From Penicillus capitatus (Eukaryota > Plantae > Chlorophyta), in the NCBI GenBank assembly GCA_965649825.1, contig OZ287718.1, positions 1-64,000 on the forward strand: a DNA stretch of 64,000 nt, given 5' to 3'. Each line of letters opens with the position of its first letter. The first letter of the stretch is position 1. Below, one piece after another: positions 34,403-47,577 of this stretch. The position numbers were made by a program, and so were the translations under genes. The notes beneath the pieces were generated by a model. That model ran no database searches, had not been told where the DNA came from, and saw only the letters and a list, made by a program, of their open reading frames with translations.

Positions 34403-35513
34403 TGTTCAAGAAGCAAGGCACATGAAAGCAAAAACGGTTGCGCGTTTCTTTTCTGCTGAAAAACGCCGTTTTAAGTGTTCACCATTCTTGCCTGTCCTTC
34501 ATCCTGTGCATCAGGCGGCTGAGTCAGGCAGGAGAGAAGACAGAGAGATCGTTGTCGAGACATGACGGGGATGCATACGGAAGGCGAGTTTTGCGACGGG
34601 ACAGAAGAGAGGCAGAAAACAAGAATGCAGTGTTTTACTCAAAATGCATCACAAACGGTTACCATCTGATGATCTGCTCAGAATCCTATACAAAGGAAGA
34701 GGTGTGTCCATCAATTGTTCTATTTATCCATCCGACAAAGACAGAAGGATCTCTCTTTCCTCGGCGTCCGTACACGGTCTCGGTGAGGAGCATCGTGAAT
34801 GATAAGAAAGTTTCTTAAATATGCATTTTTCGAAAAATACACCGTAGGTGTTGTTATCCCTTTCTTTCCAAACCACAAATGTCCATCTCGGTTTCGATGA
34901 GATTAATATCCGATTGGAGTAATCACAAAGACGAAGAATTGCTTTATTGCCGAGAACAGGCAAATGGACTTTATATACAAGAAAGTGTGCCTAAAAACTC
35001 AGGAGACGACGTCACTTAGAACGCAAAACTCAATGAAATCTCATCGCTTAAGGACGAAGTCATAGAACCCAGGTGCCATCATTTATCATCCCAACGTATA
35101 CATGGGTCAAGGTTCACTGAAAGGTCTCCGTTGGTTTCATAACTTGTTCAGTTCCGAAGGGAGTGGCGTCCACGTTACGCAAATCCGTTGTCGTGAGAAC
35201 CGCCTATGAGATGGGGAAACACGGTCATGCACAGATGTCTCAGCACGTGATGGCGCTTACAGATGGAGTGGCAAGACCACCGGGTTGACGCTTTTTGCGC
35301 ATCCATGCCATGGGATGAAGCCAACCAAGGCCTTTTCTTCCCGACCTCCTATCCGAGTTCGCCGTCATCTGCATCCAACCATGTCATCTCGATGTGGGAC
35401 AGAAGAGAATGGGAGGAGAACCAGAGTTGCCGGCCTTCGCAGAATGGATCCTCTGCCCATACTCGTGAATGAAGCCGGGCTGGATCGTGAGGAGGTCAGT
35501 CCTGTGGAGTCTG

Positions 35514-36605
35514 TCATCGGAGAACCGGACTAGACAACAAATGCATGTGTCGGTTAAGCATGCATTCTCTCAATGCCCTATCGATTACTTGGTTTATTGT
35601 TCCGAGTGGAGTTTGGGTCGCATCTCGGTTTCTGCTGAGCCTTTCGAGTTGACACATGTCGAACTGAGGCGTGGGGGCCAAGCGACTGCAGCTCATGCTG
35701 CGCCGACGGGTCTACAATACAACAACAATAGACAATCGTACGCACGCGCCGCGGTGCCTTACCATGCAAAGACGATTCTTTGCCTTCTGTGTTGTGGTAT
35801 CCACGACGATTTCGACTTCACTCGTTGGGTCAAAGTCCATAGCTTCAGTGCTTAACCTACAGACGCCGTAGTAACGGTCGGAACTGGAGAGGCACACGAA
35901 CCTCGTAAGAGAGAGAAATTCGTATATGAGTTATTGTTTGTATGACGTGCACAGTTCTGTTGTTTTGGTCAATTCGGCGAAGACCACCTGTTGGGTGCGA
36001 GTCCGTCAGTATTCTCAGCTATGCGACAGGACGCGCAGGCGATTCCGTCGCTCTCTGTCGCTGCGTCGGTTAGGTTCCCACCGTATCTGTTCAGAATTCG
36101 TATTCCCGCGACCGTAGCAGCTACGCTAGATTCCATGACTAATGCTTTGCATATGTGGCCACGTGCTGAGCTGTTCATCTCATGACAGCGAATGCCACGT
36201 AACCGGCGTGGTCCCAGACCATCCAATTCGAACCAACCGGCGAGGATTCTCTCTGTCGCTCTATCACCTTCTTGAGAGTACTGCAGTTTTTTACTTGACT
36301 TCCAGGCAGAATCCCGGTGAGTGGACCCGCAGAGGATCCTTCACCGGATATTGTTGGACGAAAGCGACACGTCGCCAACACATTTTACGTTGCCGACGGC
36401 AAGTCTGCCCAAAACGAAGGGCTCCTACCTGAGTGCCTCTTGTCGCTCGTAGGGGAACGCTGCGGTCAGATTGGACCGTTGCATGCGTTCTTTTTGACAA
36501 CTGTGATCGTTCATTTCCCATTACCTTAAACACAAGCGCCTCTCCGTGGGCTGGTGTTGCCGCGTGAAAGAAAAACAGAGCGTCAAGTAATAGCTGCCAG
36601 TCCAT
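35514..36605 (-). CDS. Hypothetical spliced protein
   Basis: Consistent in-frame splices: LAPNR-FVCLSSS...QKAKNRLCM|GTAAGG...ATTGTAG|TRRRSMSC...SPVLR*. The 5' exons are uncertain. Confidence 0.4.
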
Positions 36606-36705
36606 GCTATCTTCCGCGCCCAACAACTATTTCTGGCCCAGTTTTGCATTCGTTGGGCAACCGTTCGTCCGTTGGTGAACCTACACTGCTGTCTGAAGAA
36701 AAACA

Positions 36706-38470
36706 ATGGACCGAGCCAAAGAACCTATGTGGGAACGACTCAAGCGTCGCGAGGTAACGCATTCGAGTGGGCTTTATCCGCAGAAGGATCTGCTGTTCGT
36801 TTCCGCCCTTCAACAGTCTCTGTTTCGTTCAGGAGCTCAGAAAGACTGAGGTCGCGACAGGGGGTCGTAAAAAGGTAGAGTCCATGGATACAGCACATGG
36901 CCATGTCTAGACAGACGTCCTGTGCTGTCTAGTACGTTTCACCATTGGAGCTGTTCCGCATGGAACTCGACGCCGAAGCCGCGGAGCGAAACTCTTCTGG
37001 CCTGCCTTCTGGTGAAGAAGCCCCGAGCGAGGAGCGACGACAAGATTGTGCGACATCAACAGTTTGTAGCGAAGAAGATAAGGAAGATAATGCAGCAACA
37101 CCAAAAGCTGGTTCCCATCCCCCATCTCCAGACGACTGTGAAGCGGCCGCACAGTTGGAGCGAAAGTCCGCACGTGCCTATGTAGAGGCCCACGAGAGTG
37201 ATCATCAACCTGATGGGCATCCGACAGTTGTGTTTACACGAGAGTCCTGGCTGAAGTGTATGTTCCCCTTCAAGCAATGTCGTAAAGCAGTGAAATCCGC
37301 CACCAGAACACTGGGGGTCGTCGATATGTCGACAACAACAAAAGACACATTCTTCCGTAATCCCCTTTACAAGAACAAGCTTAAAGCAGCACCAACGATG
37401 GCAACAGTACCAACTTCAACAAGGAGCAAAAATACAACCCATGGAAATGTCGAAAAGAGTTCAGTTTCTGTCTCGAGCCTTAGCAAGGTCAGGATGGGTA
37501 GAAGGAGGTCCGTAGAAAAGAGTGACAGATCCAAATGCCGGGTCGTGGCCGCCACGATTCCCGATGAACAGCAGCAGCCACGGAGAAGGGGAAACGAAAG
37601 CGCACGGGAACATGAAAGAATTGCCAGGCTCATCACTGAAGCTGAAATTGACGCCTTCATGGGAGAACCTGTCGACGAATTCCTTGTCAGAGTGTACCGT
37701 CATCCTCCGCAGTTTCCATTCGGAAAGTGCGTATAACATCCATCTATTCTATGGGCGTGCGTCTCAACTGAATGCATGACTGTTTTGTTTTAGAATGTAT
37801 TTGGACAGTCCGTCCCCGGTGACCAAAAGCAAAAGCTACCGTTCAGTTGGTGCTTTGAAGAAAGCTCTTTTAGGAGCACGTTGTTACCCAGAAGTCGTTC
37901 ACCGCATGACATCATCCGCCTCGCCGGACCCCCCATCCGTCGGTCATAGAAAGTAAGATCGACGGTCTACAGGATGATTGGCAGGTAGAGGGTGATTGTG
38001 GTTGTGGTGATGTATGTAGATCTTCTGATACACATGGACTGCATCGTCAAGACAGCTGTGAAGAGGAAAGAAGTACATATGTAGTGTCCCGCACCGAAAG
38101 GCGAAATCCCCCTTTTGCTGCTAACAACAACAATGGCTGCAATAGGGACAAGAAGAAAGATTCTGCCCATCTCTCTCGAGTTCCTGTGAGCTGTTCTGTC
38201 AATGGACGTGCTGATCGTCTAATGGCGATGGAAATGGAGAAGAGCAAAGCGAATGCTGGAAGCCGGACTGCTCGGGACGCTGATGAATCTCCAAGCGACC
38301 ACGGTTTTACGGCATTCGTTCCCTTTCAAGGATTTGCTGCGTTTGCTCATCACGGAGGAAGTAAATACGCCGAACAAACGACGTTGACACGAAGTTTAGA
38401 GAGTCAGTGCTCCTCGACAGACGGTTCACAAATATCATCGCTAAGCAACAGAGAAAGCCAACTGAAATAA
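36706..38470 (+). CDS. Hypothetical low-complexity protein
   Basis: Spliced MDRAKEPMWERLKRRE-ELRKTEVATGGRKK-YVSPLELFRMELDAE joins the 263-aa ORF 36945-37736; further GT-AG exons lead to the 38084-38470 ORF. No domain recognised. Confidence 0.6.
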
Positions 38471-39254
38471 CGCGGACACTTCCCTGGAATTGCTACCTAG
38501 TAATAATCGTATGCTTTTTCATGCTTTCTCTGACCTATGGATATTCACTATGATCTATCTTGTGCCCAATCAACCGTTCGACAGTTGATAGGGGTTTTCC
38601 GGTTAACTGACCGAGTTTCTCTGTTTCACGCAAACACTACAACGTTGTGAATTGATTTGGCTGAGCATTTGATACACCGTCATCATCAAGGAGGTTGGAT
38701 GTTGGCAATTTAAAACGATTTTTGTTTTGAGCTGATTGTCGACCGACACTGCCGAACTAGGTCTGCCTTAGGCCTGTTGCATCCACACACAATGACTCTG
38801 ATACATCATTCCGCTTGTGAATCTTTTCTTGATCTAAGCTCCATATTGCCTTTAGAACCTGAGTACCAAGATTGGGTGATATGTAGATATTGGTTAACTG
38901 CACGATTATTCGTTGCATCGCCTGTCGGGTCTTGTGTAGTGAAGCGATTTGAGATTGCCCTTTTTGGGTTGGTAGCTTTTATTTCGCTGCTATTCCAGCA
39001 ATAACCAGTAAAGTTCCCTTCAAACCTGTGAATAAGTGATCGAATTACTTTTCAGGCTTGGGTCAATTTGATTACGAGGGAATTTGCTCATAGTAGCAAA
39101 CGCGCGAATATGGAATGAATAAATCGGGGAAAACCCAGGGGATGATTTTGTAAGATTCATTGTTGCTAACGGACATTATCTTACCAATCCATCCATTCAG
39201 AATCTGCTTCTGAGTGGAATCGTCTGAGATCTTGTCTATCGTTTCAAGACCTCT

Positions 39255-39733
39255 TCACCTTGCATCACCCACCAGGTGTCTTCCACGACGTTCTGTCTTC
39301 CTTGCGTTTTGTCTTTTAGAAGTGCCGTTGTTGTTATCGTTCTTATTACTGATGGTAATGGCCGTGGCTTTAGTGCATGGACTGTTGTCGACCGAAGAAA
39401 TCTCGATTTCTCTCATCGCCCACATGTCCATCAAGATATGCAGTTTAAGATTCTGATGCTTCCATCTCTCTTTCCACTCTTCCGTCTCCATCCGCTGTCT
39501 CTTAAGATCCTCCTTTGCCACAACAAGTTCCGCCATCTGCAAAACGCCCATACCGTTTGCGGCAGAATCGCATCGCTGTCTCTACTGACATGCTCGCGAC
39601 ACTTCGTTTGCAGATCCGTCAATTCTCGGCGAAGTGCATTTGCGTTCTTGTCACGAGGTGGAGCGAGTCTCGTTCCTCGGAGTAGAAGAGACCAGCGCGA
39701 CCATCCCGTTCGCCGCGAATCGAAAAGCGACAT
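39255..39733 (-). CDS. Small coiled-coil protein
   Basis: MSLFDSRRTGW...NALRRELTDLQTKCREH, a 53-nt phase-0 intron, then MAELVVAKEDLKRQRMETEEWKERWKHQNLKLHILMDMWAMRE. Confidence 0.6.
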
Positions 39734-39799
39734 GGTCACTCGAAAGAGAGTGATGTCAATGTACAATCGTATTGCTGCTGCCTGACACACTTCCTCATC

Positions 39800-41118
39800 A
39801 TGTCGATCGAGGAATTGCGCTTACGACTCGCGAATCTCGGCGTCGACGTCCGTCCTCCAAAACGCGTAATCTTCTGCTCTTTCTGAGATTCCTAGAATCT
39901 CGACCTCCTCCGATTCATGGTCAAACCGAGCCGCGACTATGCTGCTGCGCAGATTAGCGATGCAAAACCGGAGGGTTCTCCTTTACGTCGCCGAACAAAG
40001 CACAGCCACCCGCACAGGTCATGCGCCGAAGTTCGTTTGCCGTGTCTTATGTGATGGTGTGCGATACAGCGACTCGGAGGTTGAGGACGTGATGGAGATG
40101 TGCGAAAGAAAAGGAGATATTCAACCCGAGCGAGATGTGAGGATGCTGTTGCAGAGGTCCAATCCAGAAATGGCGTCCAGACGCGCAACGGAGATGCTTT
40201 TGACGAAATCTCACTCTCTCCATTCCCCACTCGGCAGCGTTTTAGCACAGTACAAAGAAGCCGAGCGGCATTGGGCGAAAGAGAAGGTAACATGAGGAGT
40301 GGCGATTATTGAGAGAAGTGATGGAATCTGTCAGGCCGCCATGCGACGAGAGGCGACGGCACAAAGGCAACGCGCACACAAACTCGACCTGCAGAATCGA
40401 AGGCTGCTTGCTGCGAACAAGCACAAAGCCATGGATATCACTGCCCTCAAGAACGCCCTTCGCAACCGAGACGCCCAACTGCAGGCGTTTCACGAGAAGA
40501 TTCGCCGATTTGAAACAACCTTGGCAGAAGTCCTTGGCCTTGACATCCGTATCCCTTTCTGAGTGGCTTGATGTTTGCTTAGTCCGAGGAGACGAATGCG
40601 CAGAAAAATGCCGATGTCCTTTACGAACGGGACGAGCTGCGCCGTCTCTTGGCGGCAACAATGCGACGTTTGGAAGGAGTGGATGCCTACATTAACGAAA
40701 CGGTCGCCAATACAGCGGAACTCGAACAACGACTTGAAGCCTTGCAGAACCGAAGAGACGCGTACGCCTCCATCTGTATCCGCTCTCCACTGCTCATGGT
40801 TTTTCTCAGGGCGCTACAAGATGCATCGAAATCGCGTGCGTTAAAGAGAGAGCTCGAAGGCGTCAAGAAAAAACTCTCATTACAACAAGGCGTTCTGCAA
40901 CAAGTCGCCGACATACAACTAAAGAAGAATCGCCGACAAAAAGAGGCCATCCAGTAAGATGCATCACTGCAAGGAGAAGACTCAAAACGTGGCCCATTTT
41001 TAGAGACATCCTACAATTCACTTCAGACGCCATTGACAGGAAGCAGTACAATGAAGCAGACGAAAAAGAAGACGGTGTTCTTGCGACACTGGACACTATT
41101 CTCAGTCTATCAGACTGA
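39800..41118 (+). CDS. Coiled-coil protein, multi-exon
   Basis: MSIEELRLRLANLGVDVRPPKR...ALKNALRNRDAQLQAFHEKIRRFETTLAE...LEQRLEALQNRRDA...EAIQDILQFTSDAIDRKQ...LSLSD* with GT-AG introns. Confidence 0.6.
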
Positions 41119-41170
41119 CGTCGTGTGTCTCTGGGATGTCCGTGATGTTCCGCGCTTCGATTCTGTAAAC

Positions 41171-43697
41171 ATGGATCGCTTGGATATCTTTGCGACGTTG
41201 CCTTCTTTGAGCTATCTGACTTCACGCAAAACGACGTCACCTAAGACGGAAACTACACGTGTGGTGCCTTTCTTGCCTCGGCAATGCAACCTCGCCGCTA
41301 ACAGGTTGCCTTGTCGTTGGAGATGTACCGCTCAATAGAGAACGCATGGTGGCATTGGCTGCGTTAGCCCCAAAGGCGCTAGTCCAGGGGGTCGCTAAGC
41401 GTTCGAAAAAACGCGGTTCCACGAAGAGCACCGCATGTGAGCTAGTGCTTCCAAGTATTCAAGGAAGGTCACCGACATCTCCAGCGCCGCAGCACTGGAG
41501 TGTTCTTGGAGCTGCGCGAGGCGACTCTGATGGCACTAAGAAATTCGTCATCTCGACGTTACAAGAACAAAGTCTCTACTCTCTCACAAAGGTCACACTT
41601 CCTTGGAGAGCAATAAACCCTGAACTGCGTGTTTTCTCGAACAGGCCGCAAAACGACGGCAAAAGCGTCTTGGAGAGTCGCTCGTTCCTTCACCAGTGCA
41701 CCGCACTCATGGCGTTTCCTCTAAAGGCGCTTTCCTTTTTGATCCCAGCAGGACGAGCTCTCCAGAGATGCATCGATGGATGAACTTTGACTCTTCTTTA
41801 TTTCGATGGCTTCTTGAAGAGGATCCAATGATTTCAGAACTCGATGCTGAAATTTCAGACAACAGACGTCAATTACTCGAGGTGAACGTTCTTTCGTCCG
41901 GCGAGGCATCATTTTCCTAGAGCCCTTGTGCAGAACCTCGTCGAGAAGAATCCCGTGGCCTTCTCCGAAGACATTGCCGCTCAATGCGAAGTGGCATACC
42001 GTTCCGCATCGGAGAAAGCCTGGAAGGAATTGAATCGCGTTGCTAAACAGCCATACTACAAACAAAACCAACGCATGTTTACCACCTCTCTCGACGATCT
42101 CAGAATCGAACGGCCTTTCTTCGTGGCCCCAACACTGTCCAAAAAGGCATCGCATCCGCCATTCTATCTCTCGATGCGATTCTGGACGCTTCAGAGCTAT
42201 CTTCCCGTAGAGGAAGAGACGACGCGAAAAAAGAATGTGCGTTCATGGAATGTAGACGCGTCTCTGTTTGCTCAGCGAAAGAAAGAAAACGATTCTCGTG
42301 GTCTTTATGATACAGACAAGACACTGTCAAAGCAATTCGAGATCGACTGGGACCGCGTTGCCTCAAAATCTAGATTTCATCGTCTTGTTGGACGAGAAGA
42401 TGCCGGTTATGATAATCCATTGGCTCACTCTACGACAGCCTCACATCAATGACCTGCAGGCGTGCGGACAAATGATCAGGGTCTGCATCAAGAGCTCAAA
42501 GAAATCAAAGAGGAGTTGCACAAGAAACGTGATGTCTTGAGGAGGGTGTTTATTTTCTACTCCATGCGCAACGGTCTAGCGAGTAAGCTCCAAAGATCAT
42601 AGCTGTTCGACGGCCTGCGTTATCTCCAGGCTCTGGAAATGCGTTTCAACTGTCGTTGAGTCAATGGATGGCTTTGGCACAGGACTGTCACATCCTCGAT
42701 GCCAAGTCGGTCGGTGTAAAGGCGACGGATTTGGTCTGCATGTTTGTTTCCACGAATTTTGAAGAGGATTCGAAAACTGAAGAGGCAGAGGCAAACGATG
42801 ACGAGGCTCTGGTCAGGTGAAACTGCTTGTTATCCAGAAACACAATTGAATTCGGTCACACTAGATTTGAGTTTCTCGAGATGCTTGTTCGTGCTTCACT
42901 TGGCAAGTACATCTCTTCCCGAAAGCTGAACGATTCTTCAGATTCCGTGAAGAAACTGTTAGAGGAAGATCTGATTCCCAATCTTGCACCGGAGTCGACA
43001 TTGGATCCCAACGACTTTCGCAGAGATCGACTTTACACTGCCGAGATGGAAAAACTCATCAAAACACACTTTGACCTGCTCCTCACCATTTTCAAGGTCT
43101 ACAAGGCTAAAGACAAGACAAAGTATTTCTACATCGAACACTGGATAGCATTTCTGGAGTCGACTCAACTACTGGGCAGCCACACAGGTTAGGCCTCTGG
43201 GGGCACCGTGATCGAACGTCTTGGTCTGGCAGGAATTGAGAAAGGTGATGCAAAGCTCTTGTTTGGTTGGAGCCAGATGACAGTGGTCGATGAACTTAAG
43301 AAAAGACAGAGAGCTGTGTCATTGCTCTTCTTTGATTTCATCGAGGTAAACTCTCCGCAACGCTGTTCTCCACTTAATCGCTTCCAAGGCCCTGGCTCGA
43401 CTGGCCGATCAAATGGCGATACCCAGTGAAGCAGACATTCGCAAAATTTTTCCGTCCGAATCCGAAGTCCCGAGCAGTGCATTGGTCTTTGTCTACTATC
43501 AATGTCTCAAAGACGGTACCGTAGAGCAACTGACGCCATCAGATAATGCCCGTCCCCTTTCTGAGCTCTTTCACCTCCTACTGAGTTATTTAATGGAGGC
43601 ATTGAAGGACGCCTGGGGAGGCACCACTCGCGATCAAGTAATGGATAGAATGAAGAAAATGGCGGCGCGATTAAGTGGAGGCATTGAACTTGGTTAA
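41171..43697 (+). CDS. Uncharacterised green-algal protein with EF-hand-like helical repeats, resembling chlorophyte flagellar-associated protein families
   Basis: Multi-exon. Motifs WNVDASLFAQRKKE...FEIDWDR, LSLSQWMALAQDC, RFEFLEMLVRAS.GKY, PNDFRRDRLYT and MTVVDELKKRQRAVSLLFFDFIEALARLA. The family assignment is from memory, not a search. Confidence 0.65.
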
Positions 43698-43745
43698 TTC
43701 TTAACTGTCTGCCTGTTACCCCCGATACACCACGTCCCTTCTTGG

Positions 43746-44382
43746 CTACATGTTTAACAGCAGCTCCTCTGTTGGCTGCAGACAAGTCTGAACCATCTCA
43801 AGCAGATTTGGATTCTCCAAGGCGGCAGCAATTCGCTCCTTATCGTTCAGTTGCTTCGTGATCGCGGCTTCGGATACATGACTTCCTGTCGCCAGCTCGA
43901 TGTCGACCTTGAACCTGGCGATACTTTCGCACTTTTCTCACACATCTATTCTCGCGTACCTCTTGGGTAATACTCTCATGAGTTGCACTCGGACACACAG
44001 GCCAATGAGCGAAGCCATGTTGCAATGCTCGACAGTAGGCGTGAACACAATTCTATCGGCATCACACATGTTGACACATCTCTCTTCGATAAAGAGTGAG
44101 AATCACACACTTTATGTAGCCCTTAGTATCGTCCACCTCAATTGCCTCTTCGCGAACGACGTTCAGTTGTTCCAGGGAGTAAGGATGCTCTGGATCCTTG
44201 ATGTCTTTGATATACACGAAGACTTCTGTTGCGTCAATAGGTTCACGTCCCGTCGCATCCTGTACAGTCGTCTACAGGAAGGGGACTGACTGCTCATCGA
44301 GATGAAGACCGCCGCGATGCACCCTTTTGCGTTGAATCGATCGCCGAGCGTGAACGACGGGATTGGGATTTGCCAATTCCAT
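43746..44382 (-). CDS. AE7: Cytosolic Fe-S cluster assembly component AE7/CIA2/MIP18 (FAM96B family)
   Basis: Four spliced exons give [11 protein letters not shown]...[30 protein letters not shown]...[24 protein letters not shown]...[37 protein letters not shown]. Absent from the ORF track. Confidence 0.95.
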
Positions 44383-44580
44383 TCTCTTCACATTAAATCA
44401 TTACCTCTGGTTTTCTAACGGCATTCATTAGCGGATCCAAAATTCTTGAAGATCCATATTATCGCAACAAGCAAGATCCATAATAACCACAAGAGGGAAA
44501 CCCAAAGAGAAAAACACTGCAAAGGATAAGCACTAGATGACGAAGAGAGGCTAGAAATTGCAATTGGATTGTATGCGTTG

Positions 44581-46125
44581 TCAATGCTCTTCTTCTTGGG
44601 TATTGTCCGATGGCGCCGTCATCTAGCAAGCAGACCACAAAACCATCGCCAGTTCGCAGAAGAGAAATCGAAGTGCGTCGCACTTGTGTGACAAAACTGG
44701 ATCCTATGATCAACGACGCGCCCACCCATCCAGCTGGACCCCATCTCTCTCCTAGGAAGAGATAGGCCCATAAGGCTCCCAAAACCTGAAGGAAAACATT
44801 TTGGTCCGCAGCAAGGGGTTGCACATTTACGGACGGGTTCCATGGTGTAAACGATGGCAGCATCTGTAGACTCGACACTCTTGAGTGCGATCAGCTCACT
44901 GAGTAGGACCACATCGGTTGAGACAAATCCAGTAAAGAACAATGCTTCCTTAGGTATCTGCTGTATCCATGTCGCAGCGGACTGGAGTGACCAGCTATTG
45001 AGGTGCTGAATACCAAGAATAAATGATTCGGGATGCATAGCCATCATGATCAAAGTGGATCCGATTGCTACCGTCGTCATGCCAAATCCCAAAGCAGAGA
45101 TCTGCTGTTTCAATGACAGACGACGTGCAAGATTCTCTGTTCGCACAATCTGATAAAAAGAGTGAGCATGTGTGATAGGGGGATGGAATGAATGGTGACT
45201 TGGATGGCAATGAAGGCGGCGCTGGCGAGACTCAAGAGGTCTCCTGAAGAGATGGTTCCGCCCAGTCCTGTTCCACTCAGCAGACTTACACCCACCATAG
45301 CCATCGCAGCGGAACCCCACACGACTTTGGAGACCCCTCTGCCGGAGAGGCCCACAATGATGGGCACCAAGATCACGGTGAGCGCACTCAGAAAGGACAC
45401 ACGTGAGGCATCGGTTGTGAGTAATCCGACACTTTGTGTGGAATAGCTACAGAGACAGGACGGTCACGTCGATAGACAATAGAGTGAGAAAGTGTGAGAA
45501 CCCTAGCAAACTCCAGATGCCGATTTCGACACCTCCACGCAACGTTTCTGAGTCGGTCTCTGTCTGGGAGAGCAACGGAACGAATGGCAGTGCGGCAATG
45601 ATGAATCGGAGCGAAAGAAAAGCGAAAGGGTCCATGACGCACTCGGCATCCTTAACGATGACGAAATTCGTGGACATGATTAATGTCATCAAATTCACCA
45701 ATATCAATCCCTTGACGCGTGGAGGTACCTAACATCATTCCAAGACAAACCTCACACGAGTGCACCCTCTGCCAATGATGCTGAACTCTTGAAGACAGTG
45801 ACTTTAACAACGTCCGCCATGCAGAAGATGATTTGGATAAGAGGACTGCCTGTTCGGCAGCGGCAGCGGCATCGGGTTGTTCCTTCGAGTCCATGATGTT
45901 CCGAGGCTTATCGATCGTGAGCTCTATCGGTGGTCTGCCCTGGCCGACGGAAGTCGTATGCGACGTCGACCGTTTTGATCGCGTCTGCAGCGCCTGACAC
46001 ATCGGTAGCGTCACTCTGCGTCGAGCATGAGCTCGAATCGAGCAGCGCTGTGGCTTGAGTGGACAGAAGCCTCGTAAACATGAATGTCGAGGGATAGGAT
46101 CGAGACACGGCATAGTGAGAATCAT
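44581..46125 (-). CDS. EamA/DMT-family transporter, probably plastid-targeted
   Basis: Transit-like N-terminus, then ILVNLMTLIMSTNFVIVK, FAFLSLRFIIAALPF, LRGGVEIG, SFLSALTVILVP, SSGDLLSLASA, ESTDAAIVYTMEP and YLFLGERWGPAGWVGASLII. Confidence 0.88.
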
Positions 46126-46274
46126 GGAAAAGAGAACACGTCGATGCCAAAGAATGAAGAGCTCTCCGTCCACGCGCGAACATGTCTAGTGTTGCGCATT
46201 GAGTGTATAAATGCAATCATTAATTTCGTTCCGAACGAGAATCCCCAAGTCACGTACATCGCCGAGCAACCACA

Positions 46275-47561
46275 TCAAAGCTCCCAGTTCTTTGGCCAGA
46301 GCTTGTCTTTGATCCACATATAGATGGGAACCAAGAAATAATAGAATCCGGCGGCGGAGCCCAAAAAGAAACGGAGAAGGAAGGAGAAGGGATTGAAGGC
46401 GTCTTCCACGGATTCTTGCTTGGGTCCTAAATCCAATGGCGATACGCCTCCCTACACAGTCATGCCGAGAACAGTCACATCACGGAGGATTTGTGACCTT
46501 CGGTTTTACGCCCGTCACAGAACAACCCATGATTAGACCGTGACGCCGCACACCTCTGTACCACTTGGGTCCGATCCTGGTAATGCGGACATCCGTGAAG
46601 CCAGCCTTGGTAAACCACTGAGCACAGCACAAGTGTTTTTATAATGTACAGTGTCCATTGCCAGACGAGAGGTGAGATGTTACGTCGGTGTATTCCTGTT
46701 CGGTTGGAAAGAGCATCCAGACGTCAGCAAAGAAGCGTGAGAGCCAGAAGGTTGGGTGGACAGGACCAATGAGACATGCGACTCCGTTTGGCTTCAAGAC
46801 GCGATAGGCCTCACAGATCCCACGTTGCGGCTCCGGCCAGTATTCGATGCTCCCGGCACTCACATACCGATCGAATCGATCGGTTTCGACAGGCAAGTCC
46901 TCAGCATCTCCCTGTAAGCAGAACACGGCGTCAAACAACAACTGAGTCGTCACAGAAGAATCATGCGCACTTCCATAAAGGTTACTCCTTGCAGATCCTG
47001 TTTCTTCTTAGCTTTGGCCATTTGATGCGGAGACTGATCGATGAGTGTGACATTCTCCGGATGTATTGTCTTTACGATCCCCTGTGTACAGAACCCTGTA
47101 CCGCCACCCACATCCACGACCTATCCATCTCGCGCCATCGAAGGATGTCCTGTTGTCATGTTGACTGGTCGTACTTTAAGATCTGGATCATCAAGTTCAG
47201 CAGGAACGAGTGCATCTGTTCGCATGTCCACTGTCCAGTGACCCGGATTGACGATCACATCGTAGACCAGACTCAAAAAGCGATAGAAGAAGAAAGCTTC
47301 TTTCTTATGCTGGATGAAACGCGGGGTGGAGCTCAAGTCTCGAGCATAGGTCGTGGTCTCGGTCGCCGTCGTCGACGATGACGATGATTCGATCGCGAAG
47401 GGTACGATGCGTGTGAACAGGACGTCACTGTTGCGTCGTCGGGGGTAGCGCTGCGATCGGCGTTTTGGCAACGCACGGGGTGTCGGGATACGTGTCGACA
47501 CGCAAAGCGGCTGAGCATTCGCTAAGACACTCGACTTCATGACAACGCCTCGAACAAACAT
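46275..47561 (-). CDS. VTE3: MPBQ/MSBQ methyltransferase (plastoquinone/tocopherol biosynthesis)
   Basis: PRFIQHKKEAFFFYRFLSLVYD.IVNPGHWT.DMR, GDAEDLPVETDRFDRYVSAGSIEYWPEPQRGICEAYRVLK, GPVHPTFWLSRFFADVWMLFP, and C-terminal YYFLVPIYMWIKD. Confidence 0.95.
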
Positions 47562-47577
47562 GGTCTCTCACGTCCCA

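Noticed and set aside
38592-39136. Inverted repeat GGGTTTTCC/GGAAAACCC around an AT-rich intergenic region, as MITE ends
   Set aside because: Only 9 bp match, it does not extend either way, and there is no TSD.
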